NCBI GenBank assembly: GCA_965216755.1
Contig: CBDCGL010000011.1
Location: 3,776,001-3,840,000, forward strand
Origin: Alphaproteobacteria bacterium
Lineage (GTDB): Bacteria; Pseudomonadota; Alphaproteobacteria; UBA7887
Reading direction: 5' to 3'
Length of the DNA: 64,000 nucleotides
This document shows positions 50,873-60,273 of this stretch, piece after piece. Positions within the stretch are counted from its first letter, which is position 1, and every line of letters starts with the position of its first letter. Under the pieces are notes generated by a model. That model ran no database searches and had not been told where the DNA came from. It worked only from the letters and a program-made list of their open reading frames with translations. Both the position numbers and the translations under genes were made by a program.

Positions 50873-52654
50873 ATGGATCTTGATCGCTGGCCAAATTTGA
50901 TTGCGATGTTTTTCGACCAAGCCGAGCGGCTGGGCGGCCAGCCGTTTGTGTGGGCGAAGCGCCACGATGCCTGGCAATCGGTGTCGTGGGACCAGGCTGC
51001 GGATCAAGCGATGCGGCTTGCCGACGCCCTGACTGCGATCGGCGTCACATCCGGAAACCGGGTCTTACTGGTCGCCGACAACGGCCCCGAATGGGCCATC
51101 GCCGATTTCGCTATCTTGGCGGCGGGCGGCATCACCGTTCCGGCATACACCACGAACACCGCCCGCGATCACCATCATTTGCTGACCGACAGCGGTGCCT
51201 CCGTAGCGATCGTGTCGACGGCGGCGCTGGCACGGCCGCTGTTGGAGGCCGCGGCCGACGCGTTGGATTTGAAGCACGTGATCGCCATCGATCCGCCGGA
51301 CGCAGATGTGCCGGCGGCCATCACATTGAGCCTTTGGCGGGATGCGATGGCGTCACCGCCCAAGGACCCCGATGAGATCAAAGCGCGGGCGGCCGAGATC
51401 GCGCCGACCGCGCTCGCCTGCCTGATCTATACCTCCGGTACCGGCGGCGCGCCGAAAGGGGTCATGCTCAGCCATCGCGCGATCATGACCAATTGCGTCG
51501 GCGCCTATAATCTGCTGCTGGAGGTTGGCCTGGGTGACGAAGTGTTCTTGTCGTTCCTGCCGCTCTCCCATTCCTACGAGCACAGCTGCGGTTTGATGTT
51601 TCCGGTCTCGATCGGCGCGCAGATCTATTATGCGGAGGGCGTCGAGACCTTGGCCGCCAACTTGGTTGAGGTGCGGCCGACGATCATGACCAGCGTGCCG
51701 CGCTTGTACGAGGTGATGCGCCAACGCATCTTGCAGGGCGTCAAACGCGCCGGCGGACTGAAGGCAACAATGTTTCATAAGGCAGTCGCGCTGGGCCGCA
51801 AGCGTCTGGAAGGCAAATCGCTGGGCGTTGGCGAACGCCTTGTTGATGCGCTGTTGGACAAACTGGTGCGCGATAAGGTGCGCGGCCGTTTCGGTGGTCA
51901 ACTGAAGGCAATGGTGTCCGGCGGGGCGCCGCTCAACTACGATGTCGGCGTGTTCTTCAGTGCGCTGGGCCTACGTTTGCTGCAAGGTTACGGCCAAACT
52001 GAAGCAGCGCCCGTGGTCAGTTGCAATCCGCCGCGCAAGATTAAGCTGGAGACGGTGGGGCCACCGCTCAAAGACGTCGAGGTCAAGATCGCCGACGACG
52101 GCGAGATTTTGGTGCGCGGCACGCTGCTGATGGATGGCTATTGGAACCAGCAGAAGATTACCGAAGAGACATTGCGCGATGGCTGGCTGCATACCGGCGA
52201 TATCGGCGAATTTGACCGCGACGGCTACATCAAGATCACCGATCGCAAAAAGGACATCATCGTCATGTCCGGCGGCGACAATATTTCACCCCAACGGATC
52301 GAAGGGATCCTGTGCTTGGAGCCCGAGATCGGTCAGGCGATGGTTGCCGGCGATGGCAAGCCGCATTTGGTCTCGATCATTGTCCCCGACGAAAGCTTCG
52401 TACACGAGTGGTGTCGCAAGGCCGGCGGCCATAAGGACCTCACCGATTTGAAGACTGACGCCGCGTTTCGCGACGCTATTGGCGAGGCGGTGGCGCGGGC
52501 CAACGACGGCCTGAGCGTTATCGAGAAAGTGAAGCGCTTCATGATCGCCGACGAAGCCTTTACCACCGATAACGCCTTAATGACGCCGACGATGAAAGTG
52601 CGCCGGCACGCCGTGTTTCGCCGCTATGGTGACGAAATCGACGCCCTGTTCTAA
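50873..52654 (+). CDS. Long-chain fatty acid-CoA ligase (AMP-binding)
   Basis: IYTSGTGGAPKG, QGYGQTE, WLHTGDIG, ITDRKKD, TPTMKVRR. Confidence 0.92.
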   Translation: MDLDRWPNLIAMFFDQAERLGGQPFVWAKRHDAWQSVSWDQAADQAMRLADALTAIGVTSGNRVLLVADNGPEWAIADFAILAAGGITVPAYTTNTARDHHHLLTDSGASVAIVSTAALARPLLEAAADALDLKHVIAIDPPDADVPAAITLSLWRDAMASPPKDPDEIKARAAEIAPTALACLIYTSGTGGAPKGVMLSHRAIMTNCVGAYNLLLEVGLGDEVFLSFLPLSHSYEHSCGLMFPVSIGAQIYYAEGVETLAANLVEVRPTIMTSVPRLYEVMRQRILQGVKRAGGLKATMFHKAVALGRKRLEGKSLGVGERLVDALLDKLVRDKVRGRFGGQLKAMVSGGAPLNYDVGVFFSALGLRLLQGYGQTEAAPVVSCNPPRKIKLETVGPPLKDVEVKIADDGEILVRGTLLMDGYWNQQKITEETLRDGWLHTGDIGEFDRDGYIKITDRKKDIIVMSGGDNISPQRIEGILCLEPEIGQAMVAGDGKPHLVSIIVPDESFVHEWCRKAGGHKDLTDLKTDAAFRDAIGEAVARANDGLSVIEKVKRFMIADEAFTTDNALMTPTMKVRRHAVFRRYGDEIDALF

Positions 52655-52674
52655 AGACGAGACCCGGTCACGAT

Positions 52675-53055
52675 TCAATCCAGGGCGGTATCGTTTCGCG
52701 GCGGCAGAGGTGGGCTGTAAACAATCAGAACTTTCAGGGGTACGTCGCCAGCGTTGACCACTTCATGGTCAAGCCCAGGCGGAATCCGGATAATTGTTCC
52801 AGGGCCACAGGCTACGGCCGGCTTGTCGCCCAGCGCCACTTGACCCTCGCCCGCCAACACGTAGATGGTCTGGTGCTCGTCAATGTGGTGGTGGCGGTCG
52901 GCTTGTCCGCCGGGCGCCACCGTGCCGTGAATCAATTCAAAACCGCCGCCAAAGGCCGCGTCGACCAAACGGACGTTGACGGTGCCGGCATGACCCGGCG
53001 GCCCATAGCGGGCGAGTTCATCGCGATGTTCAATCAACGGGTGGGAATCGATCAT
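52675..53055 (-). CDS. Cupin domain protein
   Basis: HHH...E...YVLAGEG and IPPGLDHEV metal-binding cupin motifs. ATGA overlap with the CoA-transferase gene. Confidence 0.88.
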   Translation of the reverse strand: MIDSHPLIEHRDELARYGPPGHAGTVNVRLVDAAFGGGFELIHGTVAPGGQADRHHHIDEHQTIYVLAGEGQVALGDKPAVACGPGTIIRIPPGLDHEVVNAGDVPLKVLIVYSPPLPPRNDTALD

Positions 53056-54299
53056 GGTGCCGGCTCCTCAGAGGAGTCAGAGCGCAAGGGTGGCGCCTGG
53101 TGTGTGATCTGATGGTCGCGCAGGGCCGTGATTTCATCGTCGGTCAGCCCCGCTTCGCGCAGAATTTCGGCGCTGTGTTCACCGAGCCGCGGGGCCATGC
53201 GCCGAATTGCCCCCGGGGTCTCGGAAAAGCGCGTCGCAATACCCGGCATGCGCAAGGTGCCGAGCTCAGGGTCGTCGCGCAGTTCCCAGAAATCAACCGC
53301 GGCCAAATGCGGATCATCGGGCAAATCGTTGGGCCCGTTGACCACGGTGCATGGCACGTGCGCTTTGTCCAACGCGTCGAGCCATTCGGCGCTGGGTCGC
53401 TCGGCGATACATTCCGCCAGCGCTCCATAGAGGGCATCGACGTTGGCGAGCCGCGCCGCATAGGTCGCGAACCGCGGGTCGTCGATCAGATGCGGTCGTC
53501 CGGCGAGTGTGAAAAATGCGCGCCATTGCCGTTCAGTATAGGGCAGCACGCCAATATAACCGTCGGTGGTGCGGTAGGGCCTTCGATTTGCTGACAACAC
53601 CCGCGGATAGCCGGCTTCGCCGCGCGGCGGTTCGAAACTGCGGCCATAGAGATGTTCGACCATATTGAACGCGACCAGGGTTTCGAACATCGGCACTTCG
53701 ACGGCTTGGCCTTGGCCACTGCGCAGGCGGTGAAACAGCGCCATCAGAATCGCTTGGGTCGCCGCCATGGCCACCACTTTGTCGGCGATAATCGATGTCG
53801 CGTAAGCGGGCGCGCCATGATTCCAGCCTTGCAACGCCGCCAAGCCAGAGGCCGCTTGGATCATGTCGTCAAAGGCCGGTTTGTGACTATAAGGCCCGCC
53901 GGCGCGGTAGCCGTAGCTCGCGCAATAGACGATGTCGGGCCTGGCTGCTTTCACAGCGTCATAGGTCAGGCCCAAGCGTTCGATCGCCTGCGGCCGCATA
54001 TTGTGCAAGAACACGTCGCAGGTTGCCGCCAGGCGCAACAATGCCGCCCGCCCTTGGTCCTGTTTGAGATTGAGCACCAAGGATCGTTTGTTGCGGTTGG
54101 CGCCCAGGAACAGGGCACCCCGGCCCTGCGTCGGTGCCGGGCCGGTCGGCCGCGCGGCATCGCCATCCGGTGACTCGACCTTGATCACGTCGGCACCCAT
54201 GTCGCCAAGCATTTGCCCGGCCAGCGGCCCCAAGATGATTGTTGTCAGATCGATAACCCGGATGCCTTGAAGTGGCCCGAAAGCGGCGGTTTCTGTCAT
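53052..54299 (-). CDS. Family III (CaiB/BaiF) CoA-transferase
   Basis: LQGIRVIDLT, GADVIKVE, NRNKRS, AFDDMIQAASG, APRLGEHS. Confidence 0.93.
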   Translation of the reverse strand: MTETAAFGPLQGIRVIDLTTIILGPLAGQMLGDMGADVIKVESPDGDAARPTGPAPTQGRGALFLGANRNKRSLVLNLKQDQGRAALLRLAATCDVFLHNMRPQAIERLGLTYDAVKAARPDIVYCASYGYRAGGPYSHKPAFDDMIQAASGLAALQGWNHGAPAYATSIIADKVVAMAATQAILMALFHRLRSGQGQAVEVPMFETLVAFNMVEHLYGRSFEPPRGEAGYPRVLSANRRPYRTTDGYIGVLPYTERQWRAFFTLAGRPHLIDDPRFATYAARLANVDALYGALAECIAERPSAEWLDALDKAHVPCTVVNGPNDLPDDPHLAAVDFWELRDDPELGTLRMPGIATRFSETPGAIRRMAPRLGEHSAEILREAGLTDDEITALRDHQITHQAPPLRSDSSEEPAP

Positions 54300-54312
54300 G
54301 TCCGAAGCTACA

Positions 54313-55080
54313 TTAGGCCGGCGCCGAGAGCCCCAATGTTTGCAGTCGCGGGGCGATCACGTCGCGCCACGCGTCCAGCAAGTCGGCATTCGATTGACGG
54401 CGCAAGCCATAGGCGCGATAGGTCTCAAGTCGCTCGGACTCGAGCCGGCCAAACGTGTCGACAACGCGCGGATACCAATAGCCGACTGCCATTTGCGCCT
54501 TGTCCGGCACGCCATAGGCGGCGATGGCGCGGCCAAGCGACGCCGCGCCCTCATCGGAATGGGCGGATTCACGTTTGATGATCGGCCCGATCACCTCAGC
54601 GAACGGCTGATAGGACGAATGGGCTTGGTCGCCAAGTTGGATGGTCGACGCCGTGCCCATCAGCAACATCAGCGTGGCCGCGTCGGTCCAGCTCTCGATT
54701 GGGTAGTGGAAAACGTTGAGTCGCTTGTCACCGCCAACGCGGCGTGTCCCCAAATTGCTCGGCCGGCCCAACCGCGCGTCCCAGGCGTGTTCGTTGACAT
54801 ACAAATAGGGGTCGACGCCGAAGGCGCCCAACAGCGCCAAGACTTGGCGCGCATGATCGAATTTCTCGCTGATGATGCGGGCGACGTTGACCCGGTCATC
54901 AAGGGTCGGCGCGGTGTTCAGGCTGTTGACGAAGCCGGCCGCGCCGGCCAGCTCCGAATCGATCAATATCGCCAGCAGGCGCATCACTTCTGCTCGATAA
55001 CGCGGTGTCATTTGCGCGGCATCGGTGATCGATTCGCCGGCCGTGACCCGGGCGATAAGGGCGCTGTCTGGCTTGTTCAC
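54313..55080 (-). CDS. Second PaaA-family ferritin-like protein with degenerate metal site
   Basis: PRYRAEVMRLL...DSELAG...APT...SEKFDH...SSYQPF...RESAH...WYPRVVDTFG. Start placed at GTG 55080; the upstream part of the ORF overlaps the flavodoxin gene. Confidence 0.82.
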   Translation of the reverse strand: MNKPDSALIARVTAGESITDAAQMTPRYRAEVMRLLAILIDSELAGAAGFVNSLNTAPTLDDRVNVARIISEKFDHARQVLALLGAFGVDPYLYVNEHAWDARLGRPSNLGTRRVGGDKRLNVFHYPIESWTDAATLMLLMGTASTIQLGDQAHSSYQPFAEVIGPIIKRESAHSDEGAASLGRAIAAYGVPDKAQMAVGYWYPRVVDTFGRLESERLETYRAYGLRRQSNADLLDAWRDVIAPRLQTLGLSAPA

Positions 55081-55224
55081 GATCTCAACGGGCTCATGAC
55101 GTTGGTCATTTTCGGTGCTGAGCGTAGCCGCGCGGGGGCAGTGGCGCAAGCAACCTCGGTCGGTGATTTGCCGGGGCCGATCGTCTAGACTTCGGGTCTC
55201 GTTCAACCGTCGCGTCACACAAGC

Positions 55225-55674
55225 ATGGCCGAAATCTTGATCATCGTCGGGACCGAATCGGGCAACGCCCAAATGGTTGCCGAATATTTGGAGGAAGAGC
55301 TTGGCGGTAGCGGCCACAATGTTGAGATCTTCAGCGACGGCCCACCAGATAACGCCCGCTTGGCCGAGCGCGACACGGCGTTGATCTGTACCTCGACCCA
55401 CGGCGACGGTGAGTTGCCGGATAATCTGGTACCCTTGCACGACAGCCTAAACGCCGGCCAGCCGGACCTGTCGCATTTGCGCTATGGCGTGATCGCCCTC
55501 GGTGACCAGACCTACGCGGAGACGTTTTGCAACGGCGGCAAGATCATGGACAGCGCATTCAGCGCCCGCGGTGCCACACGCATCGGCGAAAGGTTAGAGA
55601 TCGACGCCTGCACCCAGCCGCTGCCCGACGAGGAGGCGCTTGATTGGGCCAAGGAATGGGTGCAGCTGCTTTAG
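55225..55674 (+). CDS. Short-chain flavodoxin (MioC/cindoxin-like)
   Basis: GTESGNA phosphate loop, TSTHGDGELPDN, ALGDQTYAETFC. Confidence 0.92.
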   Translation: MAEILIIVGTESGNAQMVAEYLEEELGGSGHNVEIFSDGPPDNARLAERDTALICTSTHGDGELPDNLVPLHDSLNAGQPDLSHLRYGVIALGDQTYAETFCNGGKIMDSAFSARGATRIGERLEIDACTQPLPDEEALDWAKEWVQLL

Positions 55675-57053
55675 GGATCGATGCCTGGCATCGTGCGCAG
55701 TTCGATTGGGTCATCGCAGATTAGAACTCTCCGATAGCGCAACCAATCGAGCGCGGTGGCGAGTTGGGCGGGCGTGGCGCCGAAACGGGCTGACATGTCG
55801 GCAAGGACATCGTCCAGCGAGCCGCCCCGGCGTGACGCCAACATCTGAATCAGGGGTGGTACCGGCACACGATCGACCTGCCAAATGCCGCGCGGGAAGT
55901 CGGGTGTGATGCACACCTCGCGCTCGACGATCAAACCTTGATCAACGACCGGCCGGCTGGCCAAAACCACGGGGGCTGACAGCGGCAATTCGTGGGCGGC
56001 TTGATCATCGGGCCAGTCTCGGCGCGCTTTCCAGAACGGCCGATGCGGCCAACGTGTTTCGAGGCGATAGAAATCGCGGCCGGTGCGACCATAGCGCCGG
56101 AAGATATCTTGCGTCCGCTCGCGGTAGAACGACTCGGCAAGCGCGCGGTTGCCGGGCAGTTCGATCAACGTGCGGATCACCGGGCTTGCCGCCAAAGCAC
56201 TGCCGAGGGCGGCAAACATACCGTTGCCGGACAGCGGATCGGGGGCGCAGGCGGCATCGCCGACACGGATCACGCAGCGGTCTAGCGGCGCGGCGGCCAT
56301 CTGTGGCGAGGCATTGTGGGCGGCGACCGGGCCGGTCAGGCGGCCGTCGCGGAGCCACGCCGCGCTCTCGTTGATCCGATCGACATGGGCGTCGAAAAAT
56401 GCCGTGAGGCGTTCGCGCTTCGGCAGGCCGGCTTGGCTATCGACAAAGATCTGCAAATAGGCCGGGCCGGCGCCGTCGGCAACAAACCATGCCCAGCCAT
56501 CGGCAAAACTGGCGACAGCGGTTTGTGCCGCGATGTCTGTGGCGTCGATTTGGCGGACAATCGCTGTGGTCGTCGGGCCGCGCAAGACCTTGGCTCGCCC
56601 GGCCGGCGCGGCACGGCCACGGGCTTCGACAAAAAATTTCGCATGGTAATCATGTGCGCTATCGTCAATATGCGCACGCACGACGACGGCGTCGTCGGCC
56701 AGCGAAACGATCACGTGACGCGTGTGCGATACGGTCACGTCGTGCGCCGCCAGGTCGTTGAGCAATGCGGCGTCAAAATTGTGCCGGTCTGTAACATATT
56801 CCTGATTGCGGGCGCCGTGATCGCCGGCCCAGGATGCGATTCGGGCGACCAATGGTCCGATCGCTTGGTGGGCGTGGCGCAGGCCGTGCGCATGCAAAAT
56901 ATCAACGGTTCGTTGTGAAAACCCTTCAATTCGTCCACGGCCGCGTGGCGCCGATATGACGGCGACGCGATAGCCTTGACGTGCAAGAAGGATGGCGGTC
57001 AGCGCGCCCGCCGGGCCGGCACCGCAAATGACGATATCAAAATTGTGCGTCAC
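55671..57053 (-). CDS. Flavin-dependent monooxygenase, QhpG-like
   Basis: GAGPAG, VEARGR, DGWAW, RVGDAA..DPLSGNG, GRDFY..E.RW...PFW..R..WPD and ITPDFPRGIW resemble QhpG as recalled. Confidence 0.75.
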   Translation of the reverse strand: MTHNFDIVICGAGPAGALTAILLARQGYRVAVISAPRGRGRIEGFSQRTVDILHAHGLRHAHQAIGPLVARIASWAGDHGARNQEYVTDRHNFDAALLNDLAAHDVTVSHTRHVIVSLADDAVVVRAHIDDSAHDYHAKFFVEARGRAAPAGRAKVLRGPTTTAIVRQIDATDIAAQTAVASFADGWAWFVADGAGPAYLQIFVDSQAGLPKRERLTAFFDAHVDRINESAAWLRDGRLTGPVAAHNASPQMAAAPLDRCVIRVGDAACAPDPLSGNGMFAALGSALAASPVIRTLIELPGNRALAESFYRERTQDIFRRYGRTGRDFYRLETRWPHRPFWKARRDWPDDQAAHELPLSAPVVLASRPVVDQGLIVEREVCITPDFPRGIWQVDRVPVPPLIQMLASRRGGSLDDVLADMSARFGATPAQLATALDWLRYRRVLICDDPIELRTMPGIDP

Positions 57054-58015
57054 GGCCGATCGGTTGACACGGGCCTGTCAGGCAAGTTGATTTTCTCGCG
57101 TTCAATCACCAACGGTCCGCCGCGTAATTGCGAATGCAGGCTGGTGACATATTCACCGAGCATGCCGATGAATATCAGCTGAATCCCGGAAAGAAAAAAC
57201 AGCGCCACGATGATTGTCATCGTGCCGCGCGGGGCCAGGTCGGGATCAACAAAATAGGTGGCTACGGATATCAACGAGAACAAAATACAGAACAAGGCGA
57301 TCCCGAAGCCGACGAACGTGCATATCCGCATCGGTACTTTGGTGAAGGAGAAAATGCCGTTGAGCGCCTGGTCGATCAAAATCGGCAAACTCGCTTTGGA
57401 TAGACCGCGTTTGCGTCGACGCCAGCGATAAGGGACAACTTTGCGTTTGAAACCGCAACTGGCAATGATGCCGCGAATATAGGGATAGTGATCACGGTAG
57501 GCGAGCACGGCCGCCAGCACCTTGCGGTCGATCAACTGAAATTCGCCGACATCCGGCGGGATTTCAAAGTCGGACAAACTGTTGACGGCGCGATAGAAAA
57601 AGCGCCGCAATGTGCGCATGATGAAGCTTTCTTCGCGGCTTGATCGCGCGCCGGCCACCACTTCGTGACCATCTTCCCAGTGGCGAACGAACTCCGGAAT
57701 CAGCTCGGGCGGATCCTGAAGGTCGACCGGTAACATCACCAGAATAGCGTCGCCCGACGCATATTGGAGGCCGTTGAACGTCGAGCGAAAGGGACCAAAA
57801 TTTCTGGCATTCACCACGACCTTTACGGTGTCGTCGTGGGCGGCGATCTCACGCAGAATCTCGACGGTGCGGTCCGACGAGGCATTGTCGACGAATACAT
57901 GCTCGCGCCGATAGCCGGGCAGTTCCGATTCAAATATCGATTTCACCGTCTGATAGCAGTGTTCGACATTGTCTTCCTCATTGTAACATGGGGAGACAAC
58001 CGTAATCGTCTTCAT
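57050..58015 (-). CDS. GT2 glycosyltransferase, GtrB/polyprenol-phosphate type
   Basis: SPCYNEE, VDNASSDRT, RNFG, DLQDPPELI and two C-terminal TMs ending GMLGEY. Confidence 0.92.
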   Translation of the reverse strand: MKTITVVSPCYNEEDNVEHCYQTVKSIFESELPGYRREHVFVDNASSDRTVEILREIAAHDDTVKVVVNARNFGPFRSTFNGLQYASGDAILVMLPVDLQDPPELIPEFVRHWEDGHEVVAGARSSREESFIMRTLRRFFYRAVNSLSDFEIPPDVGEFQLIDRKVLAAVLAYRDHYPYIRGIIASCGFKRKVVPYRWRRRKRGLSKASLPILIDQALNGIFSFTKVPMRICTFVGFGIALFCILFSLISVATYFVDPDLAPRGTMTIIVALFFLSGIQLIFIGMLGEYVTSLHSQLRGGPLVIEREKINLPDRPVSTDRP

Positions 58016-58199
58016 GCCGCTCTCCGACCCGACGCCGACACGGGGCGTCGCGCATGCGCCGCCACGCGCCGCATTCCCGCGTGTTTGCGGCATTCTAGCG
58101 GCGATCTCTATGACAATGCTCTAATTTCTTGCGGCGGCCGCCACGGCGAAGGTGTCGCGCATTTCACGCGCGCGTGTTCGCATTGTATGCTCTATCTAC

Positions 58200-58213
58200 T
58201 TGATATTGATCAA
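58200..58213. promoter_or_regulatory. FNR/FixK-type binding site
   Basis: Perfect TTGAT-ATTG-ATCAA in the intergenic region about 185 bp upstream of the GT2 gene. Confidence 0.5.
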
Positions 58214-58254
58214 TTTAACTTCGTTCAAACGACTATGTTCGAACGCAGATGGAT

Positions 58255-60273
58255 CTAATTCGATACGACTTTGCGACGCAGATCCTTGGCGAACAGCGTT
58301 CGGGTAAACCGTCCAAGCCCGGTGGGATGCTCGCCAAACGTCTCAATGCGGGATTCAATCATCGACTTGGTGCGCGGATCAATCGATGTCGAAAACCCAC
58401 GTCGGCGCCGGTACCGGTAAGAATCCAGCGGCTTGGCGTAGCGGTCTCTCCGCCATTTGAGAATGTTGTAGGTGGGCCGCCAGCTTGGCGTCTCGCTGAG
58501 ACTTTGCTTAAACGGCACATGCAACATAATGCACCGATAATAGGTGATGATGTCGTCGAGCATGGCGGACTTTCGATGGTCGTCCTGGGCGTCAATCAGG
58601 TCGGCGACGCCAGACTGCAGGAAGTCCAAGGCTTCGTGAATGACCGTAAACCGGCCCATCATGGAGTATTTGCTGAGCAAATTGCCGCCCACGCTGCCGT
58701 CCAACAGGCCATCCTTGTGCTGTTCGGCCCATGCGATGCAGGCTTCGCGTGACTCAAACAGTTCCCCCTCATTTTCTTTGATGTAGTCCTGAATCAGTTT
58801 CTGAAAGGCCAGGGGCGCCTGATCGAGCCGCTCTTGCAGATGCACAATCACCTGGAATGGGCGCAGGCCCTGTGAACGTGCGAATTGGAACACCTCTTCA
58901 AAATTGTCTTCGTAATAGAAAATCGTCAGCAACAAATGGAACACCCGCGTTTCCAGATATTCCTGGAAGCTGAACGTAGGTGTTTCCACGACCATTTCTT
59001 CGGTTTCGGTGATCAGTTCGCCGGTATAGTCGCCCAGGCAACGGGCGACCACACGAAAGCGTGTCTTCATGCCGAACCGTTTGCGCGCGTCCGGATTGCT
59101 GAGCGGCGCACCATGCAACAGCATCAATTGGTGGGCGGAGATGCGATTGACGCCGGTTTCGATTAACGTGTCGACCGAGCGCATGAAAGATTCTTTGGTT
59201 TCACCCGGCATCGACAAGATGAGCTCGCCATAGGATTGCATACCCAGCCGGTGCAGTTCTTCTTGGATCTCGGCATAAGTGTCGAGCTTGATGTTTGACC
59301 GTTTGATATTGGCCAACACGTCCGGATTGAGCGACTGCACGGCCGACGTCATCGGCAACCGGCCTTTGGCTTTGCGCAAGACGCGAATGATGCGATCGCC
59401 GCGGTTCTTGCCGGTCGTGGTGCGGATATAGCGGGGCCAATCATGTTTCGCCATCAAGTGGCCTAGATAGTCCGCAATCTCCTCGTCTTGTTCGTACATG
59501 CCGAAATTGTCATCGGCGAAACACAACGGGCTTTCGGGTCTGATTCGGGGCACCACATAGTCAAGGTCCGCTTTGACATAATCGAACGAATGACGAAATG
59601 CTTTGCTGTTTTCACGTGGCGACGAGTTGCAAAACTGGCACGTGAAGGGGCAGCCGCGCGCAATTTGCATCATTGCGAAATAACCGGTGCGGAAGAACTT
59701 ATCCATATAGCCGGCAAGGTAGGGCGAAGGGATTTCGTCCAAATCCTTGATCCGCTCAAGTTCGTCGCCGCGGACAAGGCCGCCGGATCGCGGGTCGATC
59801 CACAGATTGCCCGGAATGGCCTCATCGAACAGGCCGGGGATCGATTGGCCGACATCGACAAAGCGTTGGACGAGGTGAAGAAAGGCACGCTCGCCCTCAT
59901 AAGTTGGGCCACGCACGGCGACATCGATTTCCGGCATGGTGCGCAGCCAGGTGTCTTGCTCCTCGGCTGTGAGCGGGAAGTTCGGCCCGCCCATGAAGGT
60001 CAAGGTGCGGTTGTTCTTGGCTTTGGCATAGCGCGCGAAACTCAGTGCCAGGTGGTGATTCCATGAATAGCTGCTGAGTCCCAATGCGGCGGGCGCCTGG
60101 GTGTCCAAGGCGGTTTTTAGGTCCTCGGGTTCGCGAAATATCCTGAATTTCAGCGGGTCGCGGGCGCGCACATGGGCACCGGCATAGGTCGCGAGATTGG
60201 CGACGCCAAGGGGATACACGTCCGAAGTGGCCGTGATGACGTTGTGACCAAGGTCTGCCAGATAAATCAACAT
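58255..60273 (-). CDS. Cobalamin-dependent radical SAM enzyme
   Basis: N-terminal B12-binding-like domain (YPLGV, GLSSYSWN, MGGPNF), then RGCPFTCQFC, ADDNFG and MPGETKESF. Start trimmed to MLIYLADL. Confidence 0.9.
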   Translation of the reverse strand: MLIYLADLGHNVITATSDVYPLGVANLATYAGAHVRARDPLKFRIFREPEDLKTALDTQAPAALGLSSYSWNHHLALSFARYAKAKNNRTLTFMGGPNFPLTAEEQDTWLRTMPEIDVAVRGPTYEGERAFLHLVQRFVDVGQSIPGLFDEAIPGNLWIDPRSGGLVRGDELERIKDLDEIPSPYLAGYMDKFFRTGYFAMMQIARGCPFTCQFCNSSPRENSKAFRHSFDYVKADLDYVVPRIRPESPLCFADDNFGMYEQDEEIADYLGHLMAKHDWPRYIRTTTGKNRGDRIIRVLRKAKGRLPMTSAVQSLNPDVLANIKRSNIKLDTYAEIQEELHRLGMQSYGELILSMPGETKESFMRSVDTLIETGVNRISAHQLMLLHGAPLSNPDARKRFGMKTRFRVVARCLGDYTGELITETEEMVVETPTFSFQEYLETRVFHLLLTIFYYEDNFEEVFQFARSQGLRPFQVIVHLQERLDQAPLAFQKLIQDYIKENEGELFESREACIAWAEQHKDGLLDGSVGGNLLSKYSMMGRFTVIHEALDFLQSGVADLIDAQDDHRKSAMLDDIITYYRCIMLHVPFKQSLSETPSWRPTYNILKWRRDRYAKPLDSYRYRRRRGFSTSIDPRTKSMIESRIETFGEHPTGLGRFTRTLFAKDLRRKVVSN

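Noticed and set aside
55671-60273. RiPP/CTQ cluster formed by the QhpG-like gene plus the radical SAM
   Set aside because: The radical SAM is B12-type, not SPASM/QhpD-type, and no precursor peptide, protease or exporter was seen.
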